DNA of 59,144 bases from Clostridia bacterium (GCA_017531765.1 JAFXKJ010000075.1:1-59144), one strand, 5' to 3'. Shown: positions 41,191-49,540, counted from the stretch's first letter. A program made the numbers and translations. Notes: a model not told the origin generated them from the letters alone.

Positions 41191-41236
41191 ATTTTTCTCA
41201 ATTTCAACTTTTAAGTGCCATTAATATATACAAGGG
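41191..41236 (+). repeat. Promoter-like box, copy 1 (upstream of the sigma factor gene)
   Basis: The sequence ATTTTTCTCAATTTCAACTTTTAAGTGCCATTAATATATA shares 32 of 40 positions with copy 2 by hand alignment. It ends 45 nt before GTG 41276. Confidence 0.6.
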
Positions 41237-41275
41237 TATTCTTCACAAAATTTTCTTTAGATTGGAGATGGTAAA

Positions 41276-41797
41276 GTGGTCGATGAAAAAGAATTTGAAG
41301 AGCTGATCAATAAATATCGTAGCGAGCTGTACGTCTACTGCTTTGCGTACTCTGAGGGAGAAAAGGATGTTGCGGATGATGCGTTCAGCGATATGCTGAG
41401 TGTTGTATTTAATAAGTGGGATGAACTTGAAAAAGGACCTGCCTTAAGGGTTTATCTGTATAACGTCGTGCGGCTGTGCGTTAAGAATCGGCGCAAAAAG
41501 AAGAGCAAGTATTACAAACGTATATCTTCTCTTGAAGAAGCCATTGAGACTAATACGTTTACTGAAATCGGGAGCTTAGACACTTACTTTGAAGACAACA
41601 CACCTGTTGAAGAATACATAAGCAAGGTATTGTCTGAGCTGACCGACGAGGAAGCAGAGCTGTTCAGGCTCAAATATATTGAAAAAAGGAACCTGAAAGA
41701 TATAGAAAAGCTGAAAGAACTTCCCTATTATATCCTCAGATACCGATATATTAAGCTTGAAAACCGTGTTCGTGAAATAATAAAAAAATTTTTTTGA
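41276..41797 (+). CDS. ECF-like sigma-70 family RNA polymerase sigma factor
   Basis: Region 2-like sequence VADDAFSDMLSVVFNKWDEL...LRVYLYNVVRLCVKNRRKK. Region 4-like sequence LTDEEAELFRLKYIEKRNLKDIEKLKELPYYILRYRYIKLENRV. The GTG start lies 8 nt after GGAG. Confidence 0.8.
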   Translation: MVDEKEFEELINKYRSELYVYCFAYSEGEKDVADDAFSDMLSVVFNKWDELEKGPALRVYLYNVVRLCVKNRRKKKSKYYKRISSLEEAIETNTFTEIGSLDTYFEDNTPVEEYISKVLSELTDEEAELFRLKYIEKRNLKDIEKLKELPYYILRYRYIKLENRVREIIKKFF

Positions 41798-41820
41798 AAA
41801 AAATAAAAAAATTTTTCAAA

Positions 41821-41866
41821 AATTTTCGCAATTTGGACTTTTGGGTGCCATCAATATATGAAGGCA
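41821..41866 (+). repeat. Promoter-like box, copy 2 (between the sigma and anti-sigma genes)
   Basis: The sequence AATTTTCGCAATTTGGACTTTTGGGTGCCATCAATATATG is preceded by the A/T inverted repeat TTTTTGAAAAA (41791-41801) / TTTTTCAAAAA (41812-41822). Confidence 0.6.
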
Positions 41867-41941
41867 CAAGAAAAGGGGTGAGTCCAATGGCGACGTAGTA
41901 AAAAAATATTGTACCCATTCAATCAAACGGAGGTGTTTAAA

Positions 41942-42763
41942 TTGTCAAACAGACTTGAAGAACGACTTAGAAAAATCGACAAGGTGTCCCCCATTAATAA
42001 TGATCGAGAGCTTGCCTTGGCTCTGCAGACCATAATTAATGAAGAATCATCAAGGCTCAGTAATGAAAACATTGATATGGTTTCTGAGGCTACTGAACTG
42101 CTGATGAGTATACGCGGGATAGATGGGAGTGAGGCTGATCAAATTTCATCCCGGCTTCTCTCAAGCTTCCTTGACGAGGTCAAGTCAAATGAGCACAAGA
42201 GTTCACGTAAAGCTGTGAAGCCCGGGTTTAAGTTCACGGCTATGCGTAAGGTTGCCATGTTCGCTGTTCTGACATTTTCGGCGGCTGCTCTCCTCATTAC
42301 CTTCAACGGAAGTGTAAGAGCCGCAGTAAAGAACACCTTTGTTACGTGGATGCGTGAACTTGCTATCATTGATTTTTCGGAAGAGGAGGCGGTCCCCACC
42401 GAAAAGGAAACACTCCTTGACGAACTCTCCGATTCGGTTTCACTTGATATTGAAAACATCCCCGCGGGATACACCTTTGACTCAAAGAAAGAAGACGGCG
42501 ACTCTACGCTGTATACCTACAAAAAGGGTGATGACTTTGTAGTTATTGAGTTGATCCCCACCGATCCGGCAGGCGTTATTCACAGTACGGAGAATCACAA
42601 GTACAGTGAGATCGTTATAGGCAAAAGCGAAGTATATATGTTTTATAACGAGAGCGAAAGGACCGGTTCAATAATTTTCGGTAACAGTGAAGTAACCGTT
42701 ATAATCGGAGGTGCCGCAGAACGTGAAACCTTGATCGCCTTTGCAGAGGAAATGATCAATTAA
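41942..42763 (+). CDS. Putative anti-sigma factor (single TM, DUF4367-like extracytoplasmic domain)
   Basis: An N-terminal cytoplasmic segment of about 100 aa, then the TM helix VAMFAVLTFSAAALLITF. The C-terminal domain (IPAGYTFDS...STLYTYKKGDDFVVIELIP...VIIGGAAERETLIAFAEEM) has the DUF4367 pattern. TTG 41942 lies 8 nt after GGAGG. The gene lies directly downstream of the sigma factor. Confidence 0.6.
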   Translation: MSNRLEERLRKIDKVSPINNDRELALALQTIINEESSRLSNENIDMVSEATELLMSIRGIDGSEADQISSRLLSSFLDEVKSNEHKSSRKAVKPGFKFTAMRKVAMFAVLTFSAAALLITFNGSVRAAVKNTFVTWMRELAIIDFSEEEAVPTEKETLLDELSDSVSLDIENIPAGYTFDSKKEDGDSTLYTYKKGDDFVVIELIPTDPAGVIHSTENHKYSEIVIGKSEVYMFYNESERTGSIIFGNSEVTVIIGGAAERETLIAFAEEMIN

Positions 42764-42802
42764 ATATTCCTTGCACAATTTGACAGCTAAAGGAGTGATT
42801 AA

Positions 42803-42871
42803 ATGATCAAATGTTTTGTAAGAATTCCGGTGTATACGGTGAAGCTTCCGGTAATAGTATTATTAGGATGA
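42803..42871 (+). CDS. 22-codon mini-ORF (MIKCFVRIPVYTVKLPVIVLLG) with the only strong RBS in this interval
   Basis: AAAGGAG (42790-42796) lies 6 nt upstream of ATG 42803. Its TGA stop (42869-42871) overlaps ATG 42868 of the next ORF, forming ATGA. Confidence 0.3.
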   Translation: MIKCFVRIPVYTVKLPVIVLLG

Positions 42872-43287
42872 AACAGGTATCGGGAGTTTATTCGTACCTT
42901 GCAGGTGTAAGACATGATGCACTAAATTCCCAATCATATGCAATATCTGATCTAAATAACGGCGACCTGTCCGAAACTGACGTAGTAATCTATGCCGCTA
43001 ACAGATCAGGTGCTACAAGTTCCGCATATGGTAATTTGGTTGATCAAACAGTTAATAAAGGAGCTTACTGTGCTATTGGTTGGGTAGGAGATTTTGATCA
43101 GTTATCGATGCTTATCTGGCTTGAAGGTTTCTTTATAAATGCTAATGGCAGACACTTGTATGCAAATATAGCAGTAAATGATAACTATGCGATTGAACAT
43201 GGAGTATCGACAGAAAATGCAACTGCCTTAAACAATATTTACTTCAATGATAGTAATGCCGCAAACTGTTATATTTACACTGATTAA
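42868..43287 (+). CDS. Hypothetical protein (no recognisable family)
   Basis: The open frame runs 42811-43287. Neither ATG 42811 (15 nt from the SD) nor ATG 42868 has its own good RBS. I list 42868 because it forms an ATGA overlap with the mini-ORF. The alternative is that the gene is frameshifted. Confidence 0.4.
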   Translation: MKQVSGVYSYLAGVRHDALNSQSYAISDLNNGDLSETDVVIYAANRSGATSSAYGNLVDQTVNKGAYCAIGWVGDFDQLSMLIWLEGFFINANGRHLYANIAVNDNYAIEHGVSTENATALNNIYFNDSNAANCYIYTD

Positions 43288-43314
43288 TAAATAATTCAGA
43301 AAGGATATATAATC

Positions 43315-44208
43315 ATGAAAACAAAATATATAATTTTAACTGCGTTTCTTTGTGTTCTTTCTCTTGTTGGCTGCATTGTAGCAAACGCAGCAACTTCTGT
43401 GCCACCAACAAATACTTCTTCAAATATTGCAGTAAATGAAACACCTACCGATATTGAACAGACTCAAACCAATTCAAATGCTAACAAGATTCCCTATACG
43501 TCATTGGACGATAAATTCACATGGACATTAAATGACGGGGAAAAAGTTGATCTGTCTTATTCCCACGTTGAAAAAGGAGTATATATTGACCGTTACAAAT
43601 TCGTAGATAAAGAAAACAATAAATTCTCTTTTGATAGCGAAGGTGATCTTGTTTCTTTCTCCGCTGACGATTCTTGGATGGAGGAAATAGATTTATATGA
43701 CTATGTTATAAATCCTCTTGATGAATCTGAATGGATAAGTGAAGAAAAAGCTGAAACTATTGCAAGAATGCACGGTGAAACATTTTACGGAGACTTGTTC
43801 AATAATTATAAATTGTTAAAAATCGAAAAACGACATGGTTATCACTATTTGTTGTACTTTATTAAAACAATGGGAAAAGATGATTGTATCACTGCATCTT
43901 ATGCATATGTAGATATTAAACATGATGGAAAAGTTATTATGTCTGCAATCCATCAGCACAAGGTTGCGGCATCGGTTGACGAAAGTAAGCTTGCCGAATT
44001 CGACATGAAGCTGATCAACGCTGTAGCTGAAGCTAATGCAATGGCAATTTACACCGATGATTTCCGCGGCTTTGAAGTAAGAGAAGTCATTCTCGTTCAG
44101 GACGGCGAAAATCATGCTCTCCAGATTTCAACACAGATTGATTATTACATCAGTGACATTGGTGTGATCGGAGGAACCATTGAAAATTTCTACTACAGCA
44201 TTAAGTAA
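43315..44208 (+). CDS. Hypothetical lipoprotein
   Basis: AAAGGA RBS. Signal peptide with lipobox: MKTKYIILTAFLCVLSLVGC. A Thr/Ser/Asn-rich linker follows, then a globular region of unknown family. Confidence 0.6.
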   Translation: MKTKYIILTAFLCVLSLVGCIVANAATSVPPTNTSSNIAVNETPTDIEQTQTNSNANKIPYTSLDDKFTWTLNDGEKVDLSYSHVEKGVYIDRYKFVDKENNKFSFDSEGDLVSFSADDSWMEEIDLYDYVINPLDESEWISEEKAETIARMHGETFYGDLFNNYKLLKIEKRHGYHYLLYFIKTMGKDDCITASYAYVDIKHDGKVIMSAIHQHKVAASVDESKLAEFDMKLINAVAEANAMAIYTDDFRGFEVREVILVQDGENHALQISTQIDYYISDIGVIGGTIENFYYSIK

Positions 44209-44752
44209 GATCAAAACAATCTCATTCATCTTGCTGTTAGCGCTTACCGTTGCGGTAAATGCAGTGACGGTTTCAATAATCGTCAAGTATTATACCGAGG
44301 ATAATTCCGCATCCTATGATGCAACCGACACCAAAGAGGGTGAAAAAACTCCTGTTGTAAGCAACAAGGTTGAAAGCTCTGTTTTCGGAGATCCCGAGAA
44401 GATAATTCTCCACGGTGACGGAAAAGCGGTCACTCTTAAAGTCGGTGACGAAGATTTCGAGGATATTCTGAAGATCAACGAACACCGTACAGTTTTTGTT
44501 AGTGAATATATGAAAAGCTCGGTTTTCGATGAAAATACTCTCGACGTATACTATATGGAGTTCTCCTATGCTGAGCCTCATTTGCTTTCACTGGACGGTG
44601 TGGGTGAATTTGACGTAACGTCAATCATTTTGGTTCTGACGGGCGTTCAAAACGGTAAGATCAAGTTTGAGTCGGGCGGCGAAACCCACGTTGTGGAAAA
44701 GCTGTCCTTTGACCCCGAGTTACTTGTTAAGGTTGTAGATAACCTTGAATAA
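44180..44752 (+). CDS. Hypothetical membrane-anchored protein
   Basis: TTG start after GGAGGA, overlapping the previous gene by 29 nt. It has an N-terminal TM helix (ISFILLLALTVAVNAVTVSIIV) and an acidic extracytoplasmic domain. Confidence 0.5.
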   Translation: MKISTTALSKIKTISFILLLALTVAVNAVTVSIIVKYYTEDNSASYDATDTKEGEKTPVVSNKVESSVFGDPEKIILHGDGKAVTLKVGDEDFEDILKINEHRTVFVSEYMKSSVFDENTLDVYYMEFSYAEPHLLSLDGVGEFDVTSIILVLTGVQNGKIKFESGGETHVVEKLSFDPELLVKVVDNLE

Positions 44753-44766
44753 GTATTTGGAAAAAA

Positions 44767-44801
44767 CCACAGATTATGTACTCCGATCTGTGGTTTTTTT
44801 C
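44767..44801 (+). terminator. Rho-independent terminator ending the sigma-factor gene cluster
   Basis: CCACAGAT (44767-44774) pairs with ATCTGTGG (44786-44793), followed by TTTTTTT. Confidence 0.75.
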
Positions 44802-44839
44802 CATTTTCCGATGAAATTTCAAAAGTGAGACATTTACCC

Positions 44840-44868
44840 TTGACAGTTGCAGCTCGGTGTAGTAAAAT
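44840..44868 (+). promoter_or_regulatory. Sigma-A promoter of the SulP-TraX-PHP genes
   Basis: TTGACA (44840-44845), a 17-nt spacer, then TAAAAT (44863-44868). Confidence 0.55.
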
Positions 44869-44925
44869 GTCGTATTGGAATAATAATTTATTAATATAAT
44901 CTGATTTTTTAGAACGGAGTTTTCG

Positions 44926-46578
44926 ATGAATATTTTTAGTCCAATGTTTTTTACAAGTCTGAAAAGCTACAGTAAAAAAACGTTAGTTTCGGACCTTATT
45001 GCGGGTATTATCGTTGCGGTAATTGCCCTTCCCCTCTCCATAGCTCTTGCACTTGCTTCGGGTGTCGGTCCCGAGCAGGGTCTTTACACCGCTATTATCG
45101 CAGGATTTCTTATTTCCTTCCTTGGCGGAAGCAACGTGCAGATCTCAGGCCCTACCGCGGCTTTTGCCACCATCGTTGCGGGTGTTGTTGCAACCTACGG
45201 TCTCGGCGGTCTCGCAGTTGCTACCGTTCTTGCGGGTATTATGCTTATACTCATGGGTATTTTCAAGCTTGGCGGTCTTATTAAGTTTATTCCCTACACT
45301 ATTACAACAGGTTTTACCGCAGGTATCGCCGTTACTATCGTGGTGGGTCAGCTTAAGGACTTCTTCGGTCTGACATACGGAGCTGACGTGAAGCCCATTG
45401 AGACTGTTGAAAAGGTCGAGGCTGTTGTGCATCACTTCGGCACCGTTAACGTGTGGGCTGTGCTCGTCGGCGTTCTTGCCCTCGCAGTTCTTATTATTTG
45501 GCCCAAGATCTCAAGAAAGATCCCCGGTTCACTTATTGCCGTTATCTTCGGTATCATTCTCGTTAAGGTCCTCGCACACTTCGAGATACAGGTCAACACC
45601 ATCGGAGACCTCTACACGGTAAGCAGTGCGCTCCCGAAATTCACCTTGCCTGATTTTTCCGTCGGTATGATCAAGGACGTGCTCCCCAATGCGTTTACAA
45701 TTGCAATCCTTGCAGCGATAGAGTCACTTCTTTCCTGCGTTGTTGCAGACGGCATGACAGGCTCAAAGCATCGTTCAAATACCGAGCTTATAGCGCAGGG
45801 TGTGGGTAACGTCGGCTCTGCCCTCTTCGGCGGTATTCCCGCAACGGGCGCTATCGCAAGAACTGCCGCAAACATCAAAAACGGCGGTAAGACCCCCGTC
45901 TCCGGTATCGTTCACGCGGTAGTGCTTCTTCTCGTTCTCGTACTCCTTATGCCCTATGCGTCTCTTATTCCCATGCCCGTTATCGCGGCAATACTGTTTA
46001 TGGTTGCATACAATATGTGTCAGTGGCGCCCTTTCGTACATATCGTGAAAACTGCGCCGAAGAGTGATATTTTCGTCCTTGTGCTCACGTTCGTTCTTAC
46101 CGTTGTCTTTGACCTTGTTGTGGCAATCGCGGTGGGTATCGTTCTTGCCTGCGTACTCTTCATGAAGCGAATGAGCGACACCTCAAGCATCAGAAGCTGG
46201 AAGTACGGCACGGAAAGCGAAAACGGTAAAGTAATTCCCGAGTATATCAGAGTTTACGAGCTTGAGGGTTCCCTTTTCTTCGGCTCTGCCGATATTTTGA
46301 ATTCCATTACATTTAAGGAATATACAAAATGCCTTGTTCTCAGAATGAGAAGTGTTTCCGCGATCGATGCTACCGCGATGAACGGTCTCGTTGAGCTTTA
46401 TGACAGATGCAGTGAGAAAGGTATTAAGATCGTAATCTCCCATGTTAATACTCAGCCCATGAACTCAATGATCAAATCGGGCTTTGCCGACATGATCGGA
46501 AAAGATAATTTCTGCCATCACATCGACGACGCCATTGAAAGAGCCGTTGAGATTACGGAAGCTCAATACTGTCAATAA
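44926..46578 (+). CDS. SulP family inorganic anion transporter with a C-terminal STAS domain
   Basis: A polytopic hydrophobic core (for example GVGPEQGLYTAIIAGFL and IPATGAIARTAANIKNGGKTP). The STAS tail reads VYELEGSLFFGSAD...LRMRSVSAIDATAMNGL. Confidence 0.9.
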   Translation: MNIFSPMFFTSLKSYSKKTLVSDLIAGIIVAVIALPLSIALALASGVGPEQGLYTAIIAGFLISFLGGSNVQISGPTAAFATIVAGVVATYGLGGLAVATVLAGIMLILMGIFKLGGLIKFIPYTITTGFTAGIAVTIVVGQLKDFFGLTYGADVKPIETVEKVEAVVHHFGTVNVWAVLVGVLALAVLIIWPKISRKIPGSLIAVIFGIILVKVLAHFEIQVNTIGDLYTVSSALPKFTLPDFSVGMIKDVLPNAFTIAILAAIESLLSCVVADGMTGSKHRSNTELIAQGVGNVGSALFGGIPATGAIARTAANIKNGGKTPVSGIVHAVVLLLVLVLLMPYASLIPMPVIAAILFMVAYNMCQWRPFVHIVKTAPKSDIFVLVLTFVLTVVFDLVVAIAVGIVLACVLFMKRMSDTSSIRSWKYGTESENGKVIPEYIRVYELEGSLFFGSADILNSITFKEYTKCLVLRMRSVSAIDATAMNGLVELYDRCSEKGIKIVISHVNTQPMNSMIKSGFADMIGKDNFCHHIDDAIERAVEITEAQYCQ

Positions 46579-46614
46579 TTAAAATCAAATACACTCCCAA
46601 AGGAGCCGAAAGTC

Positions 46615-47364
46615 ATGAACTTCAAATTTCCACGAATCCTCAGCGGTAATGCGCTAAAGATAATTGCGGCAATTTCCATGTTCATCGATCATTTCGGCTT
46701 CATGTTTTTTCCGCGGGTGCAAGTTTTCAGAATAATCGGACGCCTTGCTTTCCCCATATTTGCATTTATGATCTCCGAGGGAGCTAAATACACGAAAAAT
46801 AAAGTCAGATATTTACTCAGTGTATTTTCCGTTGGACTGTTCTGCTTTGCGGGGTATCTCGTTTTCAATAAAACGATTGTCTTCAGCATTTTCATCACGT
46901 TTTCCTTCTCGCTGATGATGATCTTTACTCTTGACGAGTATAAGGCTGTTGCATTTTCGCCAGATGCTTCAAACGCGTTGAAGCTCACGAAATTTCTGTT
47001 ATTTGCTTTCTCCGTTGCCTTTTCTTACGTTTTCTGCGAGATATTTACTGTTGACTACGGATTTACCGGATGTGCCGCGCCTCTCGCGGCAAGCATCGTT
47101 ACAAATCTGCCTGAAGGCGCACCCGAAAGTCTCAAAAAGCTTGACAGATTGAATATACGCGTAGCGTTATTTACGCTTCCTCTTATTATTCTTGCCGTTG
47201 ACCTGCGGCTTTCTCAACCATTTTCGCTATTTTCTGTTCCTTTACTATTGCTATATTCCGAAAAACGTGGTAAACTTAAACTGAAATACTTCTTCTATGT
47301 ATTTTACCCTTTGCACCTCTCGGTTCTTGAAGGAGTAAGGTGGTTAATTTACAGCTTAAAGTAA
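46615..47364 (+). CDS. TraX family membrane protein
   Basis: ALKIIAAISMFIDHFGFMFF, GRLAFPIFAFMISEGAKYTKN and FYVFYPLHL. AAGGAG RBS. Confidence 0.8.
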   Translation: MNFKFPRILSGNALKIIAAISMFIDHFGFMFFPRVQVFRIIGRLAFPIFAFMISEGAKYTKNKVRYLLSVFSVGLFCFAGYLVFNKTIVFSIFITFSFSLMMIFTLDEYKAVAFSPDASNALKLTKFLLFAFSVAFSYVFCEIFTVDYGFTGCAAPLAASIVTNLPEGAPESLKKLDRLNIRVALFTLPLIILAVDLRLSQPFSLFSVPLLLLYSEKRGKLKLKYFFYVFYPLHLSVLEGVRWLIYSLK

Positions 47365-47391
47365 GATTTATCTTACAGATCGGAGAAAAAC

Positions 47392-48738
47392 ATGAACTAC
47401 TTGACTGATCTTCACGCCTATTCTGAAAAATCCTTTGGTGACGGATATCTTGCTGAGAACGTTTTATTTGAAAAATACATTGAATGCGGTTATAAAACTG
47501 TCGTTTTAATATATAAAATTGAGTTTAATGATGATCAGAGTGTTTTTCAGGCAAGCATTGACCATATGTTTAAGACCAACGAGACTTTAGCTGAAAAATA
47601 TAAAGGAAGGCTTAACGTTCTTTTAGGAGCTGAATTCAACACCTGTGACAATGACTTTTTAATCTACGGAGCTGAGAAAAGTGACCTTTACAAATTAAAC
47701 AATTACTGCGGAGATTGGGTGACTGACTACCGCGAAGAACTCAATCACAAAAAAGTGCTTGTTGTACAGGCTCACCCCGCAAAGGTTGGCGGAAGACTTC
47801 TTGAAGACCATAACGTCGATGCTTTTGAAGTATACTGCGGTGATGAAAGGTTTAACTCAAACAACAGTTTTACAGAAAAATACTGCGAAAAGTATCAGAC
47901 ACACGGAATTTTATTAACCTCAGGCAGCGGTTATTTCGGCGAAGATTCAAAGCCGAGTGGCGGAATTATAACAGATTTTGAAATTAAAACTTCAAGTGAA
48001 CTTGTTGCCGCAATAATTAACGGTAGCTTTAAGCTTTTGGGAAGTAAGCTGTCACCTTCTCGCAAATTCAAAACCGAGCTCCACTGCCATTCCTCCGAGA
48101 TCAGTGGATGTTCAAGCGTTAAAGCAAAAGACGTTGTGGATAAGTATATTAAAAACGGCTACAGCACTCTTGTTTTGACCAATCACCTGAACACATACGG
48201 TAAAACTCCCGATGAATATCGCCGCCGCGTCAGACGGATGTTTGAGGTTTGCCATGAAGCAAAAATGTACGCGGGTGACAGATTAAACGTCATTCCCGGA
48301 GTTGAGGTCAATATCCAAAGTGAAGATTACCTGATAATCGGCGTGACCGAGGAATTCCTTTACGATGAAGTTAATTTCTCCAAAGAAGAAGTTTCTGAAT
48401 TCCGAAAGAAAGTTAATGCCGCAGGAATGCTTCTCATATGTGCTCATCCCATGAGATTTGCCCACGTTATTTTCGACTATCGAGACGTAGACGGAATTGA
48501 AGTATATAACGGTCATCCCGAACATAACTCCAACAATGATCTTGTTGCTCTTGAGTGTGCGGCAAAGAAAGATCTTGGTCTCATTTTAACGTCCGGTACT
48601 GACCATCACGATGGTCATCACAAGCCAAATGCTGGAATTTTGACCGATTACCCCATTACAAACGGAAAAGAACTTGTTGACGTCCTTAAAAGCAAAGAAT
48701 ATTCTCTTATTAAGAACGGATACGGTGTGAGTTTGTAA
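47392..48738 (+). CDS. Tandem PHP-domain (polymerase/histidinol-phosphatase-like) metal-dependent phosphoesterase
   Basis: The second half carries PHP ligand motifs: ELHCHSSEISGCS, LTNH, GVEVN, CAHP, VYNGH and SGTDHHDGH. The first half is a recognisable duplicate with several ligands lost: DLHAYSEKS, QAHP, VYCGD and SGSGYFG. Confidence 0.7.
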   Translation: MNYLTDLHAYSEKSFGDGYLAENVLFEKYIECGYKTVVLIYKIEFNDDQSVFQASIDHMFKTNETLAEKYKGRLNVLLGAEFNTCDNDFLIYGAEKSDLYKLNNYCGDWVTDYREELNHKKVLVVQAHPAKVGGRLLEDHNVDAFEVYCGDERFNSNNSFTEKYCEKYQTHGILLTSGSGYFGEDSKPSGGIITDFEIKTSSELVAAIINGSFKLLGSKLSPSRKFKTELHCHSSEISGCSSVKAKDVVDKYIKNGYSTLVLTNHLNTYGKTPDEYRRRVRRMFEVCHEAKMYAGDRLNVIPGVEVNIQSEDYLIIGVTEEFLYDEVNFSKEEVSEFRKKVNAAGMLLICAHPMRFAHVIFDYRDVDGIEVYNGHPEHNSNNDLVALECAAKKDLGLILTSGTDHHDGHHKPNAGILTDYPITNGKELVDVLKSKEYSLIKNGYGVSL

Positions 48739-48904
48739 GAAAAAACAACCTAACCTTCCTCTGTGAGGGATGTTACAGACGTAGGCTGAGGAAAAGAACC
48801 CTCGTTATTTTACTTTCGTTTTTTCATGCTACCATATTTTTTGAAGGAACCATCTCAAACGCCGAAGTTTCCTCGTCACAAGCTCCTTACCTCCTTGGCT
48901 AATT

Positions 48905-48936
48905 CTTATCTTTTTTTGCTACGCAAAAAAGATAAG
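48905..48936. other. A/T-rich hairpin in a convergent intergenic region
   Basis: CTTATCTTTTTT (48905-48916) pairs with AAAAAAGATAAG (48925-48936). Confidence 0.5.
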
Positions 48937-48997
48937 AAAAGAAAAAATTATTCATTCTTTGTTGTTAATTATCAAAAAAAAAGATCGCCATAATAGT

Positions 48998-49044
48998 CCC
49001 CCCGCCCTACATGCACCATTATAATTGGCTCGTAGGGCGGGGGG
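48998..49044. other. GC-rich 13-bp perfect hairpin downstream of the NUDIX gene
   Basis: CCCCCCGCCCTAC (48998-49010) pairs with GTAGGGCGGGGGG (49032-49044), with a 21-nt loop. On the minus strand a T9 run follows, but only after a 15-nt gap. Confidence 0.55.
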
Positions 49045-49078
49045 TTATCTCCCGTCGATCTTCAGTACAAATTATATA

Positions 49079-49540
49079 TCACATACACCAAAGTGAGTAC
49101 GGTGCGTTCTTCCCTTTTCCATCATAATGGGTATACAAAAGTCCGCCGTCACTCATAGACATATGCTTTAAAAGTGTCTTCGTAAGTTCAGGAACATCAT
49201 TACGGTTAATAGCTTCTTCAATATCAACCCACACAACTTCGCTATTTTCATTGTTGTCGGATATTGCTTCTCCGGAAACATACTCAGCTTCAAAGACAAT
49301 GTACCAATCGTGCATATTAAATCTGACACCGATTATTCTTCGGGGCTCAACGGAAATACCCGTTTCCTCGAGAAATTCTCGTTTCAACGCATCCTGTGGT
49401 GATTCTCCAAATTCCACAAATCCACCCGGAATTATAAGCATCCCTGCACCACCACCGTAAGTATGGCGTGCAAGCAATACCTTGCCTTCTTTTACAACAA
49501 CACCTGCAACACTTTGTCCCCAATTAGTATTGTTTTCCAT
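49079..49540 (-). CDS. NUDIX hydrolase
   Basis: The Nudix box GGFVEFGESPQDALKREFLEETG. GGAG RBS. Confidence 0.85.
   Translation of the reverse strand: MENNTNWGQSVAGVVVKEGKVLLARHTYGGGAGMLIIPGGFVEFGESPQDALKREFLEETGISVEPRRIIGVRFNMHDWYIVFEAEYVSGEAISDNNENSEVVWVDIEEAINRNDVPELTKTLLKHMSMSDGGLLYTHYDGKGKNAPYSLWCM

Noticed and set aside
41191-41866. The two ~40-bp similar boxes considered as a CRISPR-like or transposon-end repeat.
   Set aside because: There are only two copies, in direct orientation, each in a promoter position in front of a gene. There are no spacers, no cas genes, no transposase and no target-site duplication.
48998-49044. GC-rich hairpin considered as a tRNA fragment or attachment site.
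   Set aside because: No cloverleaf can be drawn, there is no T-loop GGTTCGA-type motif, and no integrase is nearby.
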